A DNA stretch of 63,703 bases, counting the filler, from Polymyxa betae A26-41 (lineage: Eukaryota > Protista > Endomyxa: Phytomyxea): NCBI GenBank assembly GCA_003693705.1. It is 4 parts of 4 records of this genome, joined end to end, with 100 filler letters (N's around TTAATTAATTAA, not from the genome) between each part and the next. Parts side by side here need not be neighbours in the genome. Positions count along the whole stretch, not along the records: positions 30,437 to 53,977 come from RBZT01000238.1; positions 54,078 to 58,418 come from RBZT01000909.1; positions 58,519 to 63,703 come from RBZT01000535.1; 1 more part is not named here. The stretch is one strand, 5' to 3'. Shown here in pieces: positions 51,617-60,920 of the stretch (its first letter is position 1; every line of letters starts with the position of its first letter). The notes under the pieces are model-generated. The model saw only the letters and a list, made by a program, of their open reading frames with translations. It was not told where the DNA came from and made no database searches. The position numbers and the translations under genes were made by a program.

Positions 51617-52218
51617 CAAGTAGAATTTAATTCGATGCATTTAATTGCTCCATTTTCAAATCGGTCCCAAGTAAACAAACTTGAATATAGAGCTTCTGGC
51701 CAGTCAGATTGCAGCGTTTATTAATAAAATTTCCGCAAGGTTTTAGGGTTGCTAGTGCTGTCGATATCATCTCCATCGAAATGTCTGGTGACGACCTCAA
51801 CAGCTCTGAAATAACTGCTATTCTCGCTGATGACCCAGGACTGCAGACCATTCCTCGGGTTCTCTTTCCTCCAGTAGTTTCTATGCGGTGCCATTAGAAA
51901 CTCCAAAAAAAACGTCGTGAGAGACCGTTGAAGCCAAATAATTGAGAAAGTGAAGCCAGCAGGACGGCGGAAATGAACGAAATTCTTTTGGAACAGAAGG
52001 CGGTGTTTGCCCTCATCTTCGCCGAAGCTCGTAATAATAACGCTGTCCAAGCGGGCTGGTCTCGTGTGACATTGTCAGTTAGTACCCTATGTCAGTCAAA
52101 TATTTCTGATAAACAGATCAAAGACAAATACTGCTATTATTAGTTGAAGTGGGACAACGCGATAGAAACATTTCGCATTGCGCGGAAGTTCGGAGGCCCC
52201 GCCGATAGTAATCGCAAC

Positions 52219-53389
52219 ATGAGAGAGAGGCAAGGATATGGGTTATTGGCAACACTGGATATTCAGCAAGCATCTGTCAATACAAAGCAGCATGCTGTTT
52301 ATGCATATTTTTTCTTGGGATTCACGATAGCCCGTATTGCCACGATTTATCGAAAGGGAACATCAAGTATATCGCGCTGGATAGAGAGATATAAGACTGA
52401 TGGTGATCTTTCTCGAAGAGTGTCGAGCGGCTCGAACATTAAGTTCTCCCGCGAGCAACGCCAGTGGATCTTTCGGTAGATTATGGACCATCCTTTGTCG
52501 TTTCTTGATGAAACAAGGCTCGCTTTCATGCTTTATTGGAATCTCAGCATCAGCACCTCAAGCGTCTGGCGTCTAATGCGAGAATCGAATCTCTCGTACA
52601 AGGTTTGGCCAGGGTATGCTTGGGCCAAACCACTGAAAAGTCATTCCAGGTCATCGAGCGTCGCGCTATGCAGATATCTGTAACAGACGTGATAAGATTC
52701 TTTCGTGAGCTCACTTCTCTACACTGGACACACGAAACCTTGTTTTCTGGACGAAGTCTCCTTTGACAATCGAGGAATGCTTCGACGACGTGGATATGCT
52801 GTGAAGGTATGTGATTTCGAGTTCGTGGGAGCTTCTCGCTGGTATCACTGCTAACAGGGTCAAAAGCTTCTTTATCGTGGAGAGTTTTAACCGAATGCCT
52901 CGAATTTCTTTGCTATGCTTCATCGATTGTGATGGACTGGAAGAGACTTTCGTTACTGATGGAACCTTCGATCGGAGCCGATTCATTGCATGTTGTCGGG
53001 AGTTCGCGCTCTCTGGCAATGTACAGCAGTATCCTGGCAGACGATTTGTTTGGGTATTGGATGGCGCTCGAATCCATTGTCATCCGAATTTCACATATTA
53101 CCTCCGATCATTAGGAATAATAACAATATTCCTTCCTGCTTACTGCCCATTTTTCAACCTTATTGAGTTCTTCTTCGGCTATGTGAAGAAACACATGCGT
53201 TGCGTTTATCCTGAAGGCTTCATGGCGCCTAAGGACTTGATCAAGATGGTAGCGACATCACTTGCTCGGTTCGAATCATACTCGCTACGTAAAGTGTTCG
53301 CGAACTGTGGGTATCGCCCACATGGCGGGTTTAATCCTGGAGTGGCGTATTCTGATACCCATGATACACAGTCGCTCGGTTTTCAGTAA
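52219..53389 (+). pseudogene. IS630/Tc1-type DD34E transposase with two short introns, disrupted
   Basis: HTH region TIARIATIYRKGTSSISRWIERY; HPLSFLDE; FLDEVSFDNR; WVLDGARIH-(34 aa)-E in LPAYCPFFNLIE; introns ~52603-52649 and ~52807-52858. Confidence 0.88.
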
Positions 53390-53418
53390 ATCAGGTTTTT
53401 AATCATAGCAACCTTCTA

Positions 53419-53977
53419 CTATGCATGGTCGAGATCCGGCATATTGGGAATATCTCCCAATATTGCCAAACTATCTGGTCTTTCTTCGGGAAGTAAAGCG
53501 CTCCTGAGTGCTCTGGCTGTTCTTCGATGACGTTCTAAATTGCCACGCAGCGCTCTCAGGCGTGAGCAGATCTGCTCCTCGAAATCGTTGACCTGTTGAA
53601 GGATATCGTCCAAAATTGCCAAAGAAGTGGTGTTGTCTTGTCGCAAAGAAGCTATCATAGCATCTCCATCAGTTGGAGAATGTCGGAATAGATGAATGAT
53701 ATCTATCGGGGGTGGCTGGGTGATTAAAGTCGCATGCCTGTGGGCAGGCTCGGTGGATATTGAGTTCGCCCATATTTGCCAATTGATGCTCTGTGAGACA
53801 TAGGTAGTGCCCCAACGGTCTCGAAGCTGATTGATGATCGACAAAACCACATCATTAGACGCGGCTCCTGCACGGTCAACTGTAGCAGGCTCTAACACAG
53901 CGGCTTGAAAATCAGCATAGTGTGCAGCTGTTTGAATGTTGATTCCGTATTTGTAGATAAAGAAATCTACTACATGC
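53419..53977 (-). CDS. Hypothetical protein convergent with the Tc1 transposase (5' end beyond the contig)
   Basis: Open for at least 186 codons to the contig edge (..FIYKYG..EPATVDRAGAA..LRDRWG..WQIWANSI..QPPP..coiled coil..IPNMPDLDHA); stop codon 29 bp from the transposase stop. Confidence 0.6.
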
Positions 53978-54077
53978 NNNNNNNNNNNNNNNNNNNNNNN
54001 NNNNNNNNNNNNNNNNNNNNNTTAATTAATTAANNNNNNNNNNNNNNNNNNNNNNNNNNNNNNNNNNNNNNNNNNNN
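53978..54077. other. Artificial contig spacer
   Basis: N44-TTAATTAATTAA-N44. Confidence 0.97.
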
Positions 54078-57062
54078 ACGTAGGAGACAAACGACACACA
54101 CCCGACCATTAGAGTCAACCAATAAACCCTCCGAATTCCTCAGCAAATTGCTATTGGGAAAGTATAACTTTTGCTCTCTAGCAATCTCAGAGGTGTCTGG
54201 CCAGACAATATTTAGGAGCGGCTGTACTCTAATGTTCAAATCTGGGTCAGAAATGGTAGGATTAATATGTTCGTCATGATGAGCTATCGACCGTCTCAAT
54301 GAGCGAATATTTGGAACGGGGTCTTTGTCATAATAACCTCCTCCCCAGCGTGCAATCAAATCTACCCCAATGATTAAGCTCACCTGGGATATGATGGATT
54401 ACGTAATTGAAATCACTTAATTCTATTCCCCAGCGAATAAGACGCTCCGCTGATTGCTTGGAGCATTTCACCGGATTATACATGAAAAATAAATTTCGAT
54501 GATCTGTAAATAAGTGGAATGGTTTTGACATACGTAATAAGTACTCAAGCTTTTTATAGTATCTTTAATGGCGAAAGCCTCTTTGTCAATTGTGGCCCAA
54601 TTTAGCTCCGACCTATTGAAACGGTGACCTACGAATCCTAAGTGTTTGTGGTGCTGCTCATGAAATGATTTCTTAAGATCCTCAATGGGTATTTGTGTAA
54701 CAATACCGGAACTGCAAGCATAGCTTGCGTCACAAAAGACGCATTGAATCATGTCATCATTGGGATAACTTAATCTGACCGAATTAATAATAGCTGATTT
54801 CAGGCGGAAAAAAGCCTGGTCATGGAAACAGCTCCATCCATAGGCCGCTAAGCTAACGCGATTTGCGACCGTTTTCGTTCTTTATAGCTGGTCCTTCATA
54901 GCCTGTTCAAAGATATCCTGTAATGGAGTAACAATATTATTGTAATTGGGGATTGAACGGCTCATCCATTGAGAAGCCATCAACAATTGTTGCAATTCCC
55001 TAGCTTTTTTCGGAACAGGAATGTCCGTCAGTGCGTGAATTCGGGATGGATCATGAGAGACCCCTTTTTGGCTAAATATTCTTCCACAAAATTTAACTTC
55101 TCGTAAAAAGAAGAAACATTTTTCAATATTTAATTTTAAATTAAATTCCCGAGCGAGTTCCAATGTGCGGCTGAGAATCAAGAACCAAGATTCTTCAGAG
55201 GACGCATGACCTAATAGATCATCTATCCAAATGATTAAAGATTTAAATAAAAGCTCTTGGAATATTTCAGCCATCCGAGCCTGCAATTGGGTGGCCGAAT
55301 TGGAAGCTGCTTGAATGGATCGCGTCGGCGTAAACACGCCTCGATCTGTCATAAAAGAGAAAATCTCACGACAGCTTGGGTCCAAAGGCATAATCCAAAA
55401 GCCTTTGAATGCGTCAAGTATAAACCAATACCTGGATTTACCTAGATAGTTAACTATCGACTCAAGAAAAGGCATAGGCCAGGCTGTGGGTTCGCATTGA
55501 GCACTAACTGCTCTCAGGTCTACAACCATGCGAAAACCGTTCGATTTCTTAACGATTTGAACGGGACTAGCCCATTTGGCATTGTAGTTCTCATAAATGA
55601 GGCCAAACTGTTTTAACGTTGTCGTGAAATCGTGAAGAAATTCACTTTGTTCCACCGTATAAGAACGGGCTTTGCACCGAACAGGTTTGGCATCTGGTTT
55701 CAAATTCGTCTTAAATGGTGTTACAAAAGCAGGTGAATCCGGGCCGATTTTCAAACGAAACGTGTCAATATATGTAAACAGTAATTTTAATAATTGATGT
55801 TCGTATTCTGGCGAAATGCCATTATTAATAGCTTCTTTAACTTTTGATCTAATTAAAATAGCGATTTCTGATAAACCATCACTACCAATTTCAGGACTTT
55901 CCTTAATATTCGTTTCATAAGTTGGCTTGGAATCTGCGCTGCTTTCAGTAACATTTTCAGCGCTGGCTCTCGTGAGGGTGTCCAAAGCACTTCTCGGGTC
56001 GATGCCTATTGCCGTTAAAAAATCATTGCCTAATAAAAGCGTATCTTTCAGCTCATTAAGTATAAGACATCGCTGTTTGGGCACGATTACGTTACTAATT
56101 TTTATTTCGATGGCAATATCGAGGTCTAATGCTCGAAACGTCTCGATTTTTTCCCCGTTAGGTAATTCTAAAACAACAGGTTGGTCCAAAGACAAAATCT
56201 CTATATCCTTAATGTTGGATTTTAATAAATTAGCAAGGTCATTTGAAATCAAAGTCAAGTCAGCACCACTATCGAGTACTGCGTCGCATGTTATGTTACT
56301 GCAGGCCAAAGTAACTTTAGCTATCGATTGGCAATCAGCGTTAGCAAAGCGAGCGATGATATAGTGAGAAGATTTAGGAGGTTTATAAGTGCCCTTATTA
56401 ATTAAATGCTGAATACAGAGCTTCTTTTGCTCTTCTGGGGATGGTTTTTCAGGACAGTTTTTAATATGATGCCCTTTCTTCTGGCACTGAAAGCAAATCA
56501 TGTCGCTTTCTGACTTTGAATCCAGTTTCGGCTTCTTCGATTCTGTATTGCCTGCATTGCCCGAAAAAGATCGTTTTGAAGAAAAAGGTCGGAAACGGGA
56601 AGAATTCGGAACATCATAATGAAATATGGGCGTGTAATTTCGACCTTTTCATAAAGAAGTGCAGATAATTTAGTAGGATCACGTTTAATAGCCGGATTCC
56701 ATTGAATGGCGTTCATAACATCATTTTTTAAATTTCCAAGGTAAAAGAGCATCAACAACAGCGCGAACATAATGTTTACGGCCCTGCTCGCTCTCAAAAA
56801 TAGACCCCCAATTGTTGTCATGAATAAGTTTTTCAAACTGTTGATATAAATTCAAAATTCGGTCACGAGGCGGTAACGTAAGGTCTATTTTTAAGCTTTT
56901 AGACACCGTCTCACCTATCGTATGAAGGGAATCCTTATCAGCTATGAGATAATCCTCAAAAGCTTCCAAAAGTAATTCATCAGTAAGATCATCAAGAATA
57001 ACACCTGCAAGTTTCGTGCTAAGCTTTCGAAGAGCTGAAACAGCGCTGGGGGCGATCATCAT
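54078..57062 (-). mobile_element. Ty3/gypsy gag-pol (gag, CCHC, protease, RT, RNase H); same family as 30540-33542; 5'-truncated, no LTR
   Basis: CFQCQKKGHHIKNCP; VLDSGAD; WASPVQIVKK; LDAFKGFW; IWIDD; LQQLLMASQWMSRSIP; FCDAS; DKEAFAI; FTDHRNL. Confidence 0.93.
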
Positions 57063-57332
57063 TCTCAAGGTGGATCGGTGAAGCTGGGCGACATGGAGGT
57101 TCAAGCCATGTGTTCGTCAGGCTTGACAGCCTGCCTTCAGGAGCTGATGGACCGCCGAGACGCGAGTACAGTTTCGGTGTGCACCACCTGCAATCGCATT
57201 GGAACCCTGTGTGACTGTGAAGTTGATATCGGCCTGACTCGAGCGATGGTGGTACCGTACTCGACTTTGGTGTTGGACGTGATAAACGCTGTAACTATTG
57301 GCTCCAGCTTTCAGTACTTCCCCAAAGAGTGA
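57063..57332 (+). pseudogene. C-terminal fragment of a divergent DNA-directed RNA polymerase second-largest subunit (Rpb2/beta domain 7), virus-like
   Basis: SQGGSVKLGDMEVQAMCSSGLTACLQELMDRRDASTVSVCTTC..LCDC..VVPYS aligns by eye to the Rpb2 GGxRxGEME..G...L.E....SD...V.vCxxC..C..C...vPY clamp/zinc region. Confidence 0.75.
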
Positions 57333-57373
57333 GTTAGACTTGTTTTAAAACACGAGACTGTTGACCAAATCCG

Positions 57374-58257
57374 CTATGGATTTGGAGAACACAAAGGGCT
57401 AAGTATGTCCCGGAGCAGCTTCGTGCTTCGAAATCTCTTCCATCTATCGGATGACTTCCCGACGTAGGGTGAGGCGAGATACACACTCCAGCTATTCTCT
57501 TCGAACAGAACTATCTCTGACAGGAACGGTTCGTCGACCTTGGCTACTACTTCTATCAGCTTCGGACTCTCGATCGGATCTTGTCCCTCAGGTAGGTCCG
57601 ATATGTCAACCAAAAGTCTCTGACGCTTCGACAAGTCCGGTGGGGTTGTGGAGTGGAGCGTTAGCGGAGCGGAGCTCGTAGCTCGCTTAGTTCCGGTGCG
57701 AGCTTGATTGTGACGTCCTCTGACTTGTTGTAGTTGGTGGGTAGAGATTTCGCTAGGTCCTCTATCAGCTGATGCCGACACGGAGTTGCGCCTAGTACTT
57801 TAGGGTCTGAGCGGAATCTGCGGTTCATCACAATTAGAGCGGTGACAGCTACCGATCTCACTACCACCATCAAAACGAAGCTCAACTCGCTGTGAGTGAG
57901 GTTCACGTTGTCGATGTGTGCTCCGTAACGCTCCAGGTCACTCCAGATATACTGTGTGAACTTGCCTTGAACTTGAACGCCGCGCCTGCTCATCCGATTG
58001 TGTGGCACTTTAGTACCAGAAGGCAACGAGCCTTTGAGCGCCTCCATCCTCCCGTGCACCAACGCCTTTATTTCCTGGGACGGTGTACACTTGGTGAGGG
58101 GAACGCGATCCCACTGACTTGTGAGCTTCGTCGCCTGGATGGCGTTCTCGGCACATTGGTAAGTTAGTCCTTCGTGCGTGAGTGGGGCAGGATATAGATT
58201 GGACAGGAAGGCATGCTCACCGGAGAAGTTGGTGATCAGTCGTGCAACTCCCGCCAT
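57374..58257 (-). pseudogene. NADAR/YbiA-like N-terminal domain fused to an unknown C-terminal region (probable frameshift ~57665)
   Basis: ITNFSGEHAFLSNLYPAPLTHEGLTYQCAENAIQATK..R..L.KCTP.E matches the NADAR start (F.G.Y.FLSNFY...GxxY...EH.FQA.K); similarity is lost after ~63 aa. Confidence 0.7.
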
Positions 58258-58284
58258 TTCGCAACAACCCCGTTGGGCATAAAT

Positions 58285-58418
58285 ATGAAGTGCGCTAAAG
58301 TCATCTCAGACGACGGTGTTGTGTCAGAGAAGTTCGCTTCTGGCGCGCTGCTAGTCGCCAGTGGTGCCGACGGGTCTACATTCAAGTTCGGTGAGTTGTC
58401 CACTATCCGGCAGAATGC
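58285..58418 (+). CDS. 5' end of a hypothetical gene divergent from NADAR, cut by the contig end
   Basis: ATG 27 bp from the NADAR ATG; open to the gap (MKCAKVISDDGVVSEKFASG...). Confidence 0.4.
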
Positions 58419-58518
58419 NNNNNNNNNNNNNNNNNNNNNNNNNNNNNNNNNNNNNNNNNNNNTTAATTAATTAANNNNNNNNNNNNNNNNNNNNNNNNNN
58501 NNNNNNNNNNNNNNNNNN
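58419..58518. other. Artificial contig spacer
   Basis: N44-TTAATTAATTAA-N44. Confidence 0.97.
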
Positions 58519-60920
58519 GTTGACTCAAGCTAATTCAACCGGAAGCATTGTCTTCCGCTTGCATGCTATCAAATAAAACACTTCTTCAAACACATTCCAG
58601 TTCAAAACCCTCTCCCGTCTAACAGATTAAGAGTCCCACTTGCCTCTATATATAGCTGCGTGGAGTTTCGCTGCAAAGACAAGCGAACATTCGGGAGAGA
58701 GGTACAACCCTGTCAGGGAGCAGGAGCTGGATTCCAACTGAAAGAGCCAAACGTGAGCCGCAGTTGAGAAGAAGTCGTCAAGTTCCGACTTAGAGAACAC
58801 AAAAGCCGTAGGACAAGCCAAGTTTACTTCCAACATAGAGCCTAGAAGGGCCAAAGCGGCGATCGAGAAACGACGACCGTTATTATGGCGATCACAAGGA
58901 TGACGACCATGAAAGGAACCGGCGACCACAGAGATGGCGACCGAGAAGGCTGCCCGGCTAAACGACGCACGAAAAGATGCGCATTGGAATTGCAGAAGAT
59001 GGCGATCCAGATTACAGCCCCACTTTATCAATCAAAGAAACTCTCGATGTCAACAGCGAAGGGGCGTGGTTAGATCAATCTCGAGATATCNNNNNNNNNN
59101 NNNNNNNNNNNNNNNNNNNNNNNNNNNNNNNNNNNNNNNNNNNNNNNNNNNNNNNNNNNNNCAAAACCCTCTCCCGTCTAACACGTTCCCTAGCAACGGG
59201 AGGAACTGGAAGGTGGATTGCAGGAACATTTGTAGGATATTCTTCAGTATGAGTTAACGTGAGTCACCACTATTGATATCTGGAGATTGGTCCACGGCGT
59301 TCATACTCCCACCATTTGAAATTTGTGGCTTATGACACCATCTTATGATAACTGACGAATTTGCACGAATGCGGAATACAGTTATCGACTTCCCAGTTTC
59401 AGGCTGCCAGCTATGTCTCTGGAGTCGGGGTTAGGGTTTAGAAGATTAGATGGCGGATCCACTGGCTTCTTTACCAAGGTTATCAAAATCGGCCATCAAG
59501 ATACCCTGATCATTAGAGGGGGATACATATAGGACAATCTGATTCGTACAGCAGGCCGACGTCACATCGTAGCATTGCTCACGACTTTGAATCGCAGTAA
59601 TTTCGCTTAGAGCCGCTACTCGAATGACCTAGTCGCCATTTTAATAATCTGTGAAAATTGTTGCAGATCGGCAGCAGGCTTTTGCATTGATACAGAGAAA
59701 CGCCAGATCAGCCTCGTTCAAGAGACACTATCGCTCGTTGATGTCTTTACAGAGATAATCGGAAATTTGTAACTGGCGATTATCAAATCGTTTCTGCAGA
59801 TATTCTCGAATTTGCAATCCTGTTGTACGGCTTGACCATCAAGATAAACATTTGGGCATTGAGAAGCATTGGGATTGATTGCGTCGATATTTGATATCGT
59901 TTGAACTGGAGATGATTTGTTAATGAAGTCTTTGGAGTTGTAACGATCTCAAAAACCGCTGGGGAAAGAAGCCGATAGAGGTCGGAACTAATTGCAATAC
60001 TGCCGCATCGGAGATCACAGCAATAATTTATAGGAGCAAAATCATATTGGTTCCTATTTGACGCCAAAATCGTATGTTTAACAGATCAGTGTTAAGGTGC
60101 ATTATGTCCGGAAAGCCGTTTCAGCAATGAACGGCTCAGCTGGCGTCACTCCGAAGTAAAATGTTTTTCAGGTGACGATTGAAGCTATCGGTACGAGAAA
60201 AGCCTTCACTGCAGTAGGCTCACTTAAATGGACCACTATAATGGATCCAACAATGAGGAACTGAAAACCAAATAGGTCCAGAATTCATCTCACCGAATGT
60301 GACCATCCAAATGCCCACTTCTGCGACACGATTTATGGCAAAGCCCGCATATAGATGGTCTCTCTCCCGTATGCGTCCAGTCATTGCTATGTTATGCAAA
60401 TCATCGATAAGAACCCTAAATAACTTGAGGAGACATTTGACACTCTAAACCTTAACCACTGTCGTAATGATATTTCTCATCTGATCGAGTTAGGAGACCG
60501 GTATCGCAAACAAGGCAGAGTTATCGTTTCTTCACCAAAATCAATGCTACCTTGAAACTTGATCTTTATTCGGTTAACGTTGTTAGATATTTCCTTAATG
60601 GATTGTATTATTGACAGTGGTAATGTCAGACCATGTGTTGACCATCCTACCAGGATTGGATTGGATTGCACTATTTGTTCGCACCCTTCGGCGGAGTGGG
60701 CGGCACAATAACCCTAGTGCGGGGCCTGAACCGTGGTCCAGGTTCTCCTACTTAATATTTTCGGAGATAATTCAGCCCATGAATGATGATCGTATTTCAG
60801 CCCTACAGAGGACTTAGAGACTTTGACAGTGAAGGCAGCCACCTGTTGGCCCAATCCTACAGGCAGTTGAACCCTGTACCTTCAAAAGGCTGTCGAGATC
60901 TCCTCCTGGTTTCCCAGCTT

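Noticed and set aside
51627-52050. Minus-strand ORFs upstream of the Tc1 transposase as a third element gene
   Set aside because: Interrupted by stops with no motif, and linkage to the element cannot be shown.
57063-57332. Host RPB2/RPC2/RPA2 gene
   Set aside because: The motifs deviate strongly from the near-invariant cellular sequence, the gene is truncated and intronless, and it sits in virus-like packing; no gene symbol assigned.
59425-59445. Telomere-like ggggttagggtttag (also single ttttaggg at ~27164 and ~51741)
   Set aside because: Only one or two units, which is expected by chance.
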